A DNA stretch of 55,774 bases from Bdellovibrionota bacterium (GCA_050952645.1 JBMNLI010000005.1:1-55774), one strand, 5' to 3'; counted from the stretch's first letter, positions 1 to 11,041 are shown. Notes: generated by a model not told the origin, from the sequence alone. Numbers and translations: made by a program.

Positions 1-80
1 ATCAAGCGTTGATAAATCAAGGAGAAAAGATAGAAAATCCAAATGAGTTTTGTAAGAAAGTAATTAGTTTAATGGAGTAA
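1..80 (+). CDS. htpG: 3' end of chaperone HtpG (Hsp90), truncated by the window
   Basis: Manual translation from position 3 gives QALINQGEKIENPNEFCKKVISLME*, matching the HtpG C-terminal motif DQAL..EG..LE(D/N)P..F; stop at 78-80. Confidence 0.7.
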   Translation, partial: QALINQGEKIENPNEFCKKVISLME

Positions 81-375
81 TGAAGTAGTAACAAAGTAGT
101 AATGAAAGACTAACGAAGCAAGCCTCTTTTAAATTGGATAATTTGCTTTTTATAAAATCAAAAAGAAGATTAAATTTAATATTGGCAAAAATCATACATA
201 ATTATATTATAAGTACTAGAGTTATGTATTTTTCATAAACGTAAAAAGTTTTTGTAAAATAGTGTGTTCTTATATATAGACATTTTATATTTAATATCTA
301 TATGTAATAATTTAATATTTAATTATTATAACTAAATTATATTTTATAAAAACTTAAGATATAAGGAGTAATTTT

Positions 376-846
376 ATGAATATTAGTAAGCCAATAGGTG
401 ATAGTTCGTACGGTCCGTTTATTATTAGAGGTGTAATCGGTGCATATTTATTTATAGTAGGTTTAGCACCACTAGATAATATCGCTGGTTTTGCAGATGG
501 GATCAAAAATATGTATGGATTTTCTGAAAATACCTCTATGATGTTAGGGTCGAATTTTCCTTATATCTGTATATTTACGGGATTCTTTCTTATTATAGGT
601 ATGTGGACGACATTGACGGCGAGTTTAGCTGCTGGTATTTTTGCATTTTTAATTTATAATTTTGGTATAACGGTTACTCCCGAAACTCCTATGCATCAAG
701 ATATAATGATGCTAGCTTTTCGTGTTTCAAAACATCCGATAACATCGTACCTATTTAATAGAGACGTAATCGCCTTTGCGGCTTCGATATCCTTGCTATA
801 TACTGGTGCTGGATTTTTTAGTATCGATTCCTTTAGGAAAGGATGA
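376..846 (+). CDS. DoxX-family membrane protein
   Basis: About four hydrophobic segments; IIRGVIG..., G..L.IG..T..A and C-terminal TGAG.FSID motifs typical of DoxX; SD AAGGAG upstream. Confidence 0.75.
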   Translation: MNISKPIGDSSYGPFIIRGVIGAYLFIVGLAPLDNIAGFADGIKNMYGFSENTSMMLGSNFPYICIFTGFFLIIGMWTTLTASLAAGIFAFLIYNFGITVTPETPMHQDIMMLAFRVSKHPITSYLFNRDVIAFAASISLLYTGAGFFSIDSFRKG

Positions 847-864
847 TTTAAAAATTTTTTTATA

Positions 865-1908
865 GTGAGTTTAAAAGAAAATACTTTTAACAATACGAAA
901 AGTAGTATTAAAAATAATATTTCTAACGATATAACCGATGGTGATTTAATTAGTAGCGTGGTTTTAAAATCTATCAAGCTTTTTCTAGAAGAATATAATT
1001 TAAGAGATAAGACTATTTTGCTTGCAGTTTCAGGAGGCAAGGATAGCGTAGTTCTTTTAGATATCTGTTATAAATTAAAAGAACTATATAATCTAAATTT
1101 GCTAGTTGCGCACTTTGATCATAATTTAAGAGATTCTAGTAAAGGCGATGCAGATTTCGTTGAAAAATTAGTATTAGAAAAATATAAATTAAAATTTTTT
1201 CGTGGTTTAGCAGATAGAAAAGAATGTAAAGAAAACTTAGAAGCTTGGGCAAGAAAGAAAAGATACGAGTTTTTAAAGAAAGTATATAATGAAAATAAGA
1301 TAGATGTAATTTTTACGGCTCACACTGGTTCTGATGTTGCTGAAACTTTATGTATGAAACTTATCTCAAATAAAGAGCCTAGAAATATTTATAAAAAAGA
1401 TGATAAGAGACATTTAATGCGTCCTATGCTTAATGCGTTAAGAATAAAAATCGATGAGTATGTGAAAGAAAACGGTTTAGAGTTTGTAGAAGACCCTACG
1501 AATGCAGATACTAAATATTTAAGAAATAAGGTAAGGCACGTTTTGATTCCTTTTTTAGAAGAAAATTTTAATAAAGGAGTTGAGGAGTTTTTAAAAAACC
1601 GTGGACTTTTATTAGAGGAAGATTTAAGCACGTTATATGAGATAGCTAAAAAAGAGCTACAAAAAATAAAAAGCAAAGATAAGTTTTCAAAAGCTTGGGT
1701 AAAAGAATTAAATTTAATATTAGAGAGTTTGCCTAAAGCTATAAGGTGGCGTGCAATAGAGCTAGTGCTAAAAGATGAACTATATTTTAATATAGGAAAG
1801 AAAACGTCTTTAGAGATTATGGATTTATTTTTAAAAAAACGAGTTGCAGTAAATTTGCCAATGGGCAAAAGAATTTATCGCTCGAAGGGAAAGATTTTTT
1901 TATCTTAA
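865..1908 (+). CDS. tilS: tRNA(Ile)-lysidine synthetase
   Basis: PP-loop AVSGGKDS, AHFDHNLR, E..AR..RY, TAH...D..ET, RP.L, EDPTN....RN.VRH. Confidence 0.93.
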   Translation: MSLKENTFNNTKSSIKNNISNDITDGDLISSVVLKSIKLFLEEYNLRDKTILLAVSGGKDSVVLLDICYKLKELYNLNLLVAHFDHNLRDSSKGDADFVEKLVLEKYKLKFFRGLADRKECKENLEAWARKKRYEFLKKVYNENKIDVIFTAHTGSDVAETLCMKLISNKEPRNIYKKDDKRHLMRPMLNALRIKIDEYVKENGLEFVEDPTNADTKYLRNKVRHVLIPFLEENFNKGVEEFLKNRGLLLEEDLSTLYEIAKKELQKIKSKDKFSKAWVKELNLILESLPKAIRWRAIELVLKDELYFNIGKKTSLEIMDLFLKKRVAVNLPMGKRIYRSKGKIFLS

Positions 1909-1994
1909 GAAACTAATTTAGTTTCTTTAAGTTTTAAGGTAGTTTTAAACGTGAAGAAACCTTTAGTGTAGTTGGTGATGCTAATTTATATCTG

Positions 1995-2945
1995 TCAATT
2001 TATATCTATATTTTTAATTAAACATAGCGTCTTATTTGAAAAGGAAGTTTCGCCTAATTCTTTTACTATTTTAATATCTGCATTGATGTAATCTAAGAAA
2101 ATAATATTAGAGCCGTCAGTGCGTATAATTAAAAGATCTTTTGCGACATCTCTACTTTTTTTAGAATTAAATAGTTTTTCTATTTCAGAATGCTTCTTTT
2201 TTGAACCTAAGTCTTTTAATGTTGCTAAATCTTTCGTATCTAATATTATTGAATTATCAGAGTAGCAAATATGCTTAAATTTTTTCTTATCGACCTTAGT
2301 TCCTATCGAAGCCCCTTCGTTTATAAGTTCATTATTATTATAAAGCAAGTTGTTTTTAATTTGATATTCTAATATTTTCGTATTATTTTGAGATAAATCT
2401 TGAGATAAATCTTGAGATAAATCTTGAGATAAAAATGAGTTTGCCTCAAGCAATGCTACGAACGATGAGCCAGTGGTGTTCGTGACTACATAAGTTCCGA
2501 TAACGCCGAGAATTCCTTGCACGCTATCGTCTATTTTATCATCGTAAACGACGAATGTTGCATAAGTGTTTAGTGCATCGATATTTATAGATAATTTTCC
2601 AAGCTTTATATTTAGAGTGCCATTTATTAAAAAAGTTCTGCCGTTTACGTATAGTTCTTGGTATTTATTTTCACTAGCGTTATATCTAAGAAAGAAGCTA
2701 GATAGAACGTTATCTTTAGTTAATTTTTGCATTGAAAACTCGTTAAGTGGAACCTGCTTAGTTTGTGCTATGAAAATTCCATCACTCGATATGATTATCT
2801 TATACTCTCCGTTTGAATGTTGAAAAACGCTAGGCGAGGTTTCTAAAAACTCTCCGTAGCAAGCATTATCGAATACAAAAGTGCTAAAGATAGTGCTAAA
2901 GATAAATAGAGTTGTTGTAAAGAACATATTTTTTAACTTATGCAT
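1995..2945 (-). CDS. hypothetical exported protein
   Basis: 316-aa ORF with signal-peptide-like N-terminus; internal SQDL repeat; no recognised family. Confidence 0.65.
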   Translation of the reverse strand: MHKLKNMFFTTTLFIFSTIFSTFVFDNACYGEFLETSPSVFQHSNGEYKIIISSDGIFIAQTKQVPLNEFSMQKLTKDNVLSSFFLRYNASENKYQELYVNGRTFLINGTLNIKLGKLSINIDALNTYATFVVYDDKIDDSVQGILGVIGTYVVTNTTGSSFVALLEANSFLSQDLSQDLSQDLSQNNTKILEYQIKNNLLYNNNELINEGASIGTKVDKKKFKHICYSDNSIILDTKDLATLKDLGSKKKHSEIEKLFNSKKSRDVAKDLLIIRTDGSNIIFLDYINADIKIVKELGETSFSNKTLCLIKNIDIN

Positions 2946-2963
2946 AAGTTTATTAACGGCAAT

Positions 2964-3359
2964 TTAAATAATAATATTTAGTTTTTCAATACCTTTTTTA
3001 AAATCTTTTTGGCTAGGATTATCGCTAGGATAATCGCTAATATTATCGCTAAATTCTAGTTTTTCTTTTATATTATTTGCAGTATTATTTGCTGTATTAT
3101 TTGCTGTATTGCCCTTTAAGTTATCAGGGGTTTTACTAGGGTTATTACTCTCTAAAAACTCTTTATTATATTCTTGATTATATTCTTGATTTGAATTTTG
3201 ATCTACGTCTTTTTGAGAATTGTGTTCCTTTTTAAGGCTAGAAGAAAACACCATGGCGTCTTGCGACTCATCGTTTTCGTAAAAAGATTTTCTTACCTTA
3301 TTATTAAGAGTGCTAATTCCTACCGTAGGATTATTTTGCGATATTTGCTTTATCTTCAT
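2964..3359 (-). CDS. small low-complexity protein with FlgM-like N-terminus; start revised to 3359
   Basis: Strong SD AAGGAGG just upstream of ATG at 3359 (MKIKQISQ...); the ORF-track start at 3440 lacks an SD. Confidence 0.6.
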   Translation of the reverse strand: MKIKQISQNNPTVGISTLNNKVRKSFYENDESQDAMVFSSSLKKEHNSQKDVDQNSNQEYNQEYNKEFLESNNPSKTPDNLKGNTANNTANNTANNIKEKLEFSDNISDYPSDNPSQKDFKKGIEKLNIII

Positions 3360-3451
3360 ATTTCTCGCCCTCCTTGGCTTAAAACATAATATATATATAA
3401 ATATAATACTTCCTTGTTTATATTTTTTTAAAAAAATCATTAAATGATTTC

Positions 3452-4300
3452 TTAAGTTATAGTATCGGTAGTTTTAAGATAATTCTTTAAATTTTTTTTA
3501 TAAAAAATCTTTACGCTCTCTTTTAGATTATCGTAAAAGTCTGTAGCTACACTAAGAGTGAGAATATCAAAGTTTTCTATACCGAGCGAATTATCCGTAT
3601 ATTTTTTATTTAGCTCTGAAAGCAAGTTAAATGCTGTGCTTCCTGTAGTAAGCATATCATCTACAAAAAGAATGTTTTTTTGCGAAATATCTTTAATAGG
3701 CAGGCTTACATCTATTTTTGAGTATTTTAGTCTAGCTTTTAGTGAAAGATTTGCCCTTTTATCGTAATTATCTGGAAAATCATTGTAAGCTACTAAAATT
3801 ACATCATTTTTTTTAGTTTTTATAAATTTATAAATAGTTTTAGCTAAAAAGTAGGTGTGTAAAAAGCCTCTGTCATGTAGTGATTTTCTGCTTGAAAAGG
3901 CAGGAATTACTATATCGTGTAAGGTATCATTAAAAAAAAGTTTGTAATTATCGATAAGGTAAGAGCTAGCAAGTCTTAGTAAAGTGCTACTTTTTCCATA
4001 TTTCATTTTCTTTATAAATATGCTTTCTAGTTCTTTATACTCCCAAATATATCTAATACGCCTAAAAGGCATATCTTCTAATTGGCAATTTAAACAATAA
4101 TCATCTATGGAGTTTAAGATCGGCTTAAAGCAACCCTTGCATCTATATTCATAAGTTTTAGGCGTTAAAGTTTTAGGTGTTAAAGTTTCTAAATTTAGCG
4201 TCTTTAAACAATGAGAACATATAGACTTATCGTATAAAATTCTTCCGCAAATTAAGCATTGCGATGGTAAAAGATTTAGGAAAAGATTTTTTAAAAACAT
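3452..4300 (-). CDS. comF: ComF-family double zinc ribbon / phosphoribosyltransferase protein
   Basis: CLIC..CSHC..CKGC..CLNC zinc ribbons, K(M)KYG, RGF, PRT motif LFVDDMLTTGST. Confidence 0.85.
   Translation of the reverse strand: MFLKNLFLNLLPSQCLICGRILYDKSICSHCLKTLNLETLTPKTLTPKTYEYRCKGCFKPILNSIDDYCLNCQLEDMPFRRIRYIWEYKELESIFIKKMKYGKSSTLLRLASSYLIDNYKLFFNDTLHDIVIPAFSSRKSLHDRGFLHTYFLAKTIYKFIKTKKNDVILVAYNDFPDNYDKRANLSLKARLKYSKIDVSLPIKDISQKNILFVDDMLTTGSTAFNLLSELNKKYTDNSLGIENFDILTLSVATDFYDNLKESVKIFYKKNLKNYLKTTDTIT
3460..3489 (-). promoter_or_regulatory. sigma28 (FliA/WhiG)-like promoter
   Basis: Minus strand TAAA-N16-ACCGATACTA about 100 bp upstream of the 3359 start. Confidence 0.55.
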
Positions 4301-4434
4301 ACAAAGTATATCGAAGCTATAAATAAAAAGTTGCCCGTTTCTTATTGCATATTTAACTTATTGTGTAATAATTATATGGTGAAAATTTAGGTAAGAACTA
4401 ATTTTTTGGATTTAAATTTGTATTTTTTTAAAGC

Positions 4435-4475
4435 GGCTACATATAAATAATGTTTTTTTGTTGTAGCCTTTTTTT
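4435..4475 (+). terminator. intrinsic terminator-like hairpin in the greA leader (possible attenuator)
   Basis: GGCTACA 4435-4441 / TGTAGCC 4462-4468 followed by T7, 18 nt before the greA ATG; the upstream gene is divergent. Confidence 0.5.
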
Positions 4476-4493
4476 ATAAGGTATAAGGTAAGT

Positions 4494-5045
4494 ATGAAAT
4501 TTATAATGACGCCAAGGGGAAGCAAGATGCTTCGTAGTGAGTTAAGCAGATTAAAGGCGATGCGTCCAGAACTTGCTAATGCCATAGAGATTGCTAGAGG
4601 GCATGGAGATTTATCTGAAAATGCAGATTACGATGCTGCAAAAGAAAAATCTGGTATGGTAGAGGCTAGAATTAGAGAGATAGAAGCAAAGGTTGCCCTA
4701 GCAGAGGTTATAGACCCAAGGGAGATCGTTTTAAATGATAGAGTGGTATTTGGAGCTACTGCTAATATAGTCGATATCGATACTGATGAAGAAAGAACCT
4801 TATGCATTGTAGGAATAGATGAGGCTGATGCAGATAAGGGGCTAATCTCTTATGAAAGTCCGTTAGGAAGAGCGTTAATCGGAAAAGAGATTGGTGATAT
4901 CGTAAAGATAAAGCTTCCACAAGGTGAAAGAACTTATGAGGTTTTAGATGTCTACATCGACTATAATGATGAAGAAGACGATGACAAAGAAGAAGGCGAT
5001 AAGGAAGGTGATAAAGAGAATACTAGCAAAGAAGATAATGAGTAA
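4494..5045 (+). CDS. greA: transcription elongation factor GreA with acidic tail
   Basis: AR.HGDLSENADYDAAKE, V.FGA, IS.ESPLGRALIGK..GD. Confidence 0.97.
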   Translation: MKFIMTPRGSKMLRSELSRLKAMRPELANAIEIARGHGDLSENADYDAAKEKSGMVEARIREIEAKVALAEVIDPREIVLNDRVVFGATANIVDIDTDEERTLCIVGIDEADADKGLISYESPLGRALIGKEIGDIVKIKLPQGERTYEVLDVYIDYNDEEDDDKEEGDKEGDKENTSKEDNE

Positions 5046-5147
5046 AGATAATGAGTAAAGATAATGAAAGAAGATAATAAATAAAATATAATAAATAAAG
5101 TATAATAAAGGGACTAAAAAAATAAAAAAAATATTATAAAAAGAAAT

Positions 5148-7115
5148 ATGTTCTCAAAGGAAACTATCGATGAAATATCACAAAAGGTAAGCATAGTAGA
5201 CTTAGTAAGTTTATATGCTGAGGTAAAAAAAAGAGGCTCAACTTACGTGGCTTGTTGCCCTTTTCATAATGAAAAAACTCCATCATTTAATATGAGCCAA
5301 GAAAAAGGGGTCTTTCACTGTTTTGGTTGCGGAGTATCTGGGAATATATTTTCTTTTTTAATGAAGATGGAGGGAATATCTTTCTTAGAAGCCGCTACTA
5401 AGTTAGCTAATAAGTTTAATATCGAAATAAAATATACTGATACGAGTTTTGTAGATAAAAGAAAAGATATCGATGCTTTGTATAGAGTAAATGCTTTAGC
5501 ATATAAATATTTTAAGCGCTCGCTAGCTAGAAATTTAAATCTAATAAAAGATTATTTAAAAGAAAGAAATTTTACTAATGAAATGTTAAAACAGTTCGGC
5601 GTAGGATTTGCTCCTAATAATTGGCAGGGGCTTTATGAGTTCTTAAAAGAGGAGAAAATTCAAGAAAGCGACATGGAGCTATCTGGGCTATTTAATAGAA
5701 ATAAAAGTGGGAAACTTTACGATGTATTTAGAGGTAGATTGATATTTCCCGTAATAGTAGAAGCTAAAAAAGTTTCAGGATTTGGGGGAAGAATAATACT
5801 AGGCGTTGCAAGTAAGGAGGACTTAGAAAGCATGCCTAAATATTTAAATAGCAGAGAAACGTTAGTGTATGAAAAATCTAAGATCTTATATAACTTTTTT
5901 AATGCTAGAGATGAGATAAGAAGAAAAAAATATTTATTTCTAGTCGAAGGGTACATGGATGTGTTAGGGCTAGCAAGAGTAGGCATTAAAAACGCCGTGG
6001 CTACTTGTGGAACGTCTCTTACTTTAGAGCATGCTTGGAAAATGGAAAATTTAAATGCAAGCGTAATAGTGATGTTTGATGCAGATAATGCAGGGTTTGC
6101 AGCTGCCGCTAGAGCCTTTAATATATTTTTAAATACGAAAGTAAATGCTAGAGCGCTATTTTTACCTAGTGGTGAAGACCCAGACTCGATAGCTAGCAAG
6201 CACGGAGAAAACACTTTAGAATTTTTAGAAACTCTTCCTAGGGTTTCACTTTTAGAAGCGTATTTTAAAAAGCTTTTAAGCGATGAAAATATAGAACATA
6301 TAAGAGATGCATCGCCTAGCGTAAAGGAAAAAATTTCTAGTAAACTGCTAGAAGATATATCGAAAACGAAAAACAATATTAAAAGATTAGAAATAATGAA
6401 AGAAGCTTCATTTTTGCTTCAAGTGCCTTTAGAGATTTTAAATAGTGAAATAAAAAAGATAAGTTCTAATGTAGTTTTTTTTAATAGAAACTTAAACCGT
6501 AATTATAATACTGCTAATAGTAAAAAAAATATTAAAATGCCTTTAAAATCTCTCGAAGGCTTAGACAGAGAGATTATAAGCATCGCTTTAAAAGATTTTG
6601 AATTTACTAATGAGATACTTAACAATTCAAACTTATGTCAAATGTTATCTTCGTTTACTTTAGAATTTTTAAGTGCAATAAAAGACACTTTTTTAAAGGA
6701 TGATTTAAAGGATGATTTAAAGGATGATTTAAAAGATAATCTTGGTGATAAAATGCTACAAAATGGCAAAATTGCTCATAACAATAAATATGGGGCAAAT
6801 GTAGGTAATGTAAGAGATTTTAATGAAAATAATTTAGGTGAAAACGATTTAGATGAAAACGGTTTAGATAGAGATAAGGTTATTAGTTTTTTAAATTTCT
6901 ATGGGCGTGATTATCTCCTTTTGTGGCGTTCTTTAAATAAAAATAATAGTAATTTTAATGTGTTAGGAGCTTATGAGCAGTGCAAAAAGTTGGCAAAAAG
7001 GCTTCAAAATGAACGACTAATTAAAGATTTAGAGAGAAAGATTGAGCTTGAAAAAGATGAAAACGAGCGTTTATCGCTAGTAAATAAGCTTTTTAAAATA
7101 AAAAAAGATATTTAA
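5148..7115 (+). CDS. dnaG: DNA primase
   Basis: Zinc finger CPFH.EKTPSF...HCFGC, KYLNS.ET, TOPRIM VEGYMDV, FDAD.AG, DPD. Confidence 0.97.
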   Translation: MFSKETIDEISQKVSIVDLVSLYAEVKKRGSTYVACCPFHNEKTPSFNMSQEKGVFHCFGCGVSGNIFSFLMKMEGISFLEAATKLANKFNIEIKYTDTSFVDKRKDIDALYRVNALAYKYFKRSLARNLNLIKDYLKERNFTNEMLKQFGVGFAPNNWQGLYEFLKEEKIQESDMELSGLFNRNKSGKLYDVFRGRLIFPVIVEAKKVSGFGGRIILGVASKEDLESMPKYLNSRETLVYEKSKILYNFFNARDEIRRKKYLFLVEGYMDVLGLARVGIKNAVATCGTSLTLEHAWKMENLNASVIVMFDADNAGFAAAARAFNIFLNTKVNARALFLPSGEDPDSIASKHGENTLEFLETLPRVSLLEAYFKKLLSDENIEHIRDASPSVKEKISSKLLEDISKTKNNIKRLEIMKEASFLLQVPLEILNSEIKKISSNVVFFNRNLNRNYNTANSKKNIKMPLKSLEGLDREIISIALKDFEFTNEILNNSNLCQMLSSFTLEFLSAIKDTFLKDDLKDDLKDDLKDNLGDKMLQNGKIAHNNKYGANVGNVRDFNENNLGENDLDENGLDRDKVISFLNFYGRDYLLLWRSLNKNNSNFNVLGAYEQCKKLAKRLQNERLIKDLERKIELEKDENERLSLVNKLFKIKKDI

Positions 7116-7391
7116 AGGAATTTTCTTTAATATTATTCTTTAAATATTATTTTTTAAATATTATTTTTTAATATTATTCTTACTATTATTCTTAAATATA
7201 TTATTTTCATATAAATATTTTTATAGAAATTATTTTTATAGTGAATATTTTTATAGTGAATATTTTTATAGTGAATATTTACAAATACTACTAGCACCAT
7301 TTAAAATATTTATAATTGTATTTTTACCTATTGCCTTAAAAAGCAATATCTTAGATAATGTCTGTATGTTGTCTGTTTTTTTAAAAAAAGG

Positions 7392-9359
7392 GTGGCTCGA
7401 GTGGCTCGAAATAAGTCAAAAAAAGAATTATTAAAAGAAATAGAATTAAAAGAAAAAGAGAAAGAAACAACTGCTAATAAAGTAGCAAAGATAAAAGGAA
7501 GGGGCAAGGCGGCATCTTCTAAATTGCTTAGAAAAAGAAAAAGTTTAAAAAGTGATGAAAAGTTAGAGCAAGGAGTGCTAAGCGCTGAAAGAAGAAAAAG
7601 ATTAGTAGATGAAGATTATGATAGCCTAGAAGAAGATGAAGAGCTAATAGATGAAAGTTTAGGCGATGGCAAATCTCCTTTCGATGATGATGCAGACCTA
7701 ATCGATGCTAATAGCGATGATTTCGTCCCTGGAAGTGATGAGTATGATGATACTTACGATTTTTCCGTTAAAACTAGCGAGGTAAAAGATAGTGGAATTG
7801 GAAAAAATACAGATCCTATAAGATTGTATTTAAGGGAAATGGGTAATGTTAGCCTGCTTACTAGAGAAGGGGAAGTGGCTATCGCTAAAAAAATTGAAGC
7901 AGGAGAGAAGCTCGTTAAAGACGAGGTTTGGCATCAGCCGCTCACATTAAAATTCGTGCTACACCTTTTTGATCAATTAAGAAATAATGAGATTCGCCCT
8001 AGAGATCTTTTTAAAGATGAAGAGGAGACGGAGGAGGAAGTAGAAGAGGATGAAGATGAAAATGTAGAAAAATCAGAAGAAGAATTAGAAAGAATAGTTC
8101 AAGAAGAAAAAAATGAAATAAAGCAGATATTAAAACAAGAAAATAAATTTAAAAAATCTCTTTTAGAAATTGAAGAAACTTTTGCAGAAATTATAGCCCT
8201 AAGAAATAAGGGAAAATTAAGTGAAGATGCTTATAAAAAATATAACAAAGCAGTTTCTAAGGCTATGACGAAAGTTATTGGCTTTAATCTCTGTGCAAAA
8301 CAATTTTTACATATAAAAGAATATCTCAAAAAAACTTATAAAGAAATGAGAGCATTAAGAAGAGAGTTAAGAAAGCTTGAAAAAAGCACTGGGCTTTCAA
8401 GCGAAGAGCTTCTTACGGATGTGCTAAAAAATCTTACATCAACGAATGTAAATGTATTTAGAAAGGCTACTAGACAATTAAAATTAAAGGCCCAAGAGGG
8501 AAGAGATTTAGCAGAGAAGATAAATAATATTAAAGCTAGAATAGAAGAGTGTGAAAAATTAACTTTAATGGAGTTTGATAATTTTATCGCATCTGGTAGG
8601 GCGCTTTGCGATGGTGAGGCAAAGGCAGCAGATGCTAAAAGGGAGCTAGTTGAGGCTAATTTAAGATTAGTAGTTTCTATCGCTAAGAAGTATACTAATA
8701 GGGGATTGCAATTCTTAGACTTAATTCAAGAGGGCAATATAGGACTAATGAAAGCAGTAGATAAGTTTGAGTATCAAAGAGGATTTAAATTTTCTACTTA
8801 TGCTACTTGGTGGATAAGACAAGCTATAACTAGGGCGATAGCAGATCAGGCAAGGATTATAAGAATTCCAGTCCATATGATAGAGACTATCAATAAAGTT
8901 ATTAGAACCTCTAGGCAGTTAGTTCAAGAGCTAGGAAGAGAGGCAACCCCTGAGGAGCTTGCAGATAGAATGGGAATGCCAGTAGATAAAGTTAGAAAAG
9001 TTTTAAAGATTGCTAAAGAGCCAGTATCTTTAGAAACTCCAATAGGAGAAGAGGATGATTCTCATTTAGGAGATTTTATTGAGGATAAGAAGTCTTTATG
9101 TCCATCTAATGCGGTAGTAAATACTAATTTGCAAGAACAAACTAGAAAAGTGTTGCAAACTTTAACTCCTAGGGAAGAGAAAGTGCTAAGAATGCGTTTT
9201 GGTATCGGTGAAAAAAGCGATCATACGTTAGAGGAAGTTGGGCAAAATTTTGATGTCACTAGAGAGCGTATAAGGCAGATAGAAGCTAAGGCTTTAAGAA
9301 AGCTTAGACATCCAAGTAGAAGCAAAAGACTTAGAGGGTTTATGAGCAGGGATAATTAA
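7392..9359 (+). CDS. rpoD: RNA polymerase primary sigma factor
   Basis: [48 protein letters not shown], region 4 [30 protein letters not shown]. Confidence 0.98.
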   Translation: MARVARNKSKKELLKEIELKEKEKETTANKVAKIKGRGKAASSKLLRKRKSLKSDEKLEQGVLSAERRKRLVDEDYDSLEEDEELIDESLGDGKSPFDDDADLIDANSDDFVPGSDEYDDTYDFSVKTSEVKDSGIGKNTDPIRLYLREMGNVSLLTREGEVAIAKKIEAGEKLVKDEVWHQPLTLKFVLHLFDQLRNNEIRPRDLFKDEEETEEEVEEDEDENVEKSEEELERIVQEEKNEIKQILKQENKFKKSLLEIEETFAEIIALRNKGKLSEDAYKKYNKAVSKAMTKVIGFNLCAKQFLHIKEYLKKTYKEMRALRRELRKLEKSTGLSSEELLTDVLKNLTSTNVNVFRKATRQLKLKAQEGRDLAEKINNIKARIEECEKLTLMEFDNFIASGRALCDGEAKAADAKRELVEANLRLVVSIAKKYTNRGLQFLDLIQEGNIGLMKAVDKFEYQRGFKFSTYATWWIRQAITRAIADQARIIRIPVHMIETINKVIRTSRQLVQELGREATPEELADRMGMPVDKVRKVLKIAKEPVSLETPIGEEDDSHLGDFIEDKKSLCPSNAVVNTNLQEQTRKVLQTLTPREEKVLRMRFGIGEKSDHTLEEVGQNFDVTRERIRQIEAKALRKLRHPSRSKRLRGFMSRDN

Positions 9360-9388
9360 AAAAAATTTAAAAGGGATTTTATATAAAT

Positions 9389-10096
9389 ATGAATAAGGAT
9401 ATTAGTAAATTTAGAAGCCAATCGTTATTTAATAGATTTAATAGATTTAACAGATTTAATAGTTTTCAATTTAATAATTTTAGTTTTAATAATTTAGAAA
9501 GATTAGCAAGTTTATCGCTATTTATTTTTCTAGTTCTATTCTCATTCGTATCTTGTGGCAAATATGCTCCCCCTATTCCCCCTGAGGCGTTAGCTCCTAA
9601 GGGGGTTTATAATATTCAAGCTATCGCATACCGAAAAGGAGTAGTTTTAAAGTGGACGGGAGACACTGATGATAGACGCTCTAAAGAGTTAAAAACGATG
9701 AATGGTTATTACGTTGAAAGAGTTTGTTTCGATGATAATAGTTTAGGTTCATTAAAGAACGATAGAGAAAATAATAAAGAGTTAGATTATAAAGTGATAG
9801 CTATAGTTAATGATAATCAAATAAAAATCAGAGAGAGTCTAAAAGAAGATGCACGAAAAAAAGGTTTATCTGCTAGACGAGTAAGAGTGCCTAGTGAGAA
9901 ATTAAATTTTAATTACGTCGATGAAACGATAAAGGAAAACGCATTATGTTATTATAAAATAACGCCATTTAATCAAGGTAATGTAAGGGGGGATGAGAGT
10001 GCTCCGATAAAAGTTAAGTTTAATGGTGAAGATAGCTTCGTTATGGTAACTAGCAAGAAAGATATTCAAACGCAAAATGTTGTATATGAAAATTAG
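9389..10096 (+). CDS. lipoprotein (CGK..PP.PP N-terminus, probable FN3-like domain)
   Basis: Lipobox FVS-C followed by GKYAPPIPP; V.LKW, Y.VER, YVD, YYKI beta-sandwich pattern; lies before dapA. Confidence 0.65.
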   Translation: MNKDISKFRSQSLFNRFNRFNRFNSFQFNNFSFNNLERLASLSLFIFLVLFSFVSCGKYAPPIPPEALAPKGVYNIQAIAYRKGVVLKWTGDTDDRRSKELKTMNGYYVERVCFDDNSLGSLKNDRENNKELDYKVIAIVNDNQIKIRESLKEDARKKGLSARRVRVPSEKLNFNYVDETIKENALCYYKITPFNQGNVRGDESAPIKVKFNGEDSFVMVTSKKDIQTQNVVYEN

Positions 10097-10141
10097 TGAT
10101 TAGTTTTTTTCTAATGGAGAGAAAAAAGGAGGCTTAACTTT

Positions 10142-11041
10142 ATGTTTAATGGTATTTATACGGCGATAGTTACTCCATTTACAAACGATGGTGAAAGTGT
10201 CGATTATGAGTCTTTAGAAAATTTAATTTTACATCAATTAGAAAATAAAATTTCAGGCTTGGTAGTTTGTGGTTCTACTGGGGAGGCTACTACTTTAACC
10301 GAAGATGAATATATAAGCGTTTTAACTTTTGCAAAAGAAAAAGTTAAAGATGCTAAGCTTTCTTATAATTGTAAGCTTATAGCTGGAGTTGGAACTAATA
10401 ATACCGCTTTTGGTGTAAAGCTTGCTAAGGAGGTTTCTTTATTAAATTACGATGCAGTGCTAGTTGTCGCACCTCCTTATAACAAACCCTCTCAAGACGG
10501 TATTTATGAGCATATAAAGGCTATAGGTAAGGCTTCAAATACTAATGTTATAGGTTATAATGTCCCTGGAAGAACGGTTTCAGATATACTACCTAAAACC
10601 GTAAAAAGATTAGCGGATGATAAAATAATAGTAGGCTTAAAGGAAGCGTCGGGTAATTTTTCAAAGGTAAATGAAGTTTTATCGTTATGCAGAAATGATA
10701 TAGATATTTTATTAGGAGAGGATGCTTTTATTTTACCATCGGTGCTAGTTGGTGCTAAGGGTGGTATAAGTGTAGTATCGAACGTATTTCCAAAAGAGAT
10801 GATGGAAATGTTTAATTTAGCGTTTGACCTTAAAAATAAAAATGATTTAAAGAGTGCTAACGATATTCAATATAGATTGCTTCCATTTATTAGTTTGTTA
10901 TTTTCTGAGACAAACCCAGTGCCTGTAAAATATGCCTTATATAAAAAGGGTATAATAAAAGATTATTCCGTTAGATTGCCACTTTTAAAGGCACTTCCTA
11001 AGACTAGAGAGGCGCTAGATGATTATTTAAACGGATTTTAA
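10142..11041 (+). CDS. dapA: 4-hydroxy-tetrahydrodipicolinate synthase
   Basis: GSTGE, PPYNKP, YNVPGRT, GLKEASG, ETNP.PVK. Confidence 0.95.
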   Translation: MFNGIYTAIVTPFTNDGESVDYESLENLILHQLENKISGLVVCGSTGEATTLTEDEYISVLTFAKEKVKDAKLSYNCKLIAGVGTNNTAFGVKLAKEVSLLNYDAVLVVAPPYNKPSQDGIYEHIKAIGKASNTNVIGYNVPGRTVSDILPKTVKRLADDKIIVGLKEASGNFSKVNEVLSLCRNDIDILLGEDAFILPSVLVGAKGGISVVSNVFPKEMMEMFNLAFDLKNKNDLKSANDIQYRLLPFISLLFSETNPVPVKYALYKKGIIKDYSVRLPLLKALPKTREALDDYLNGF

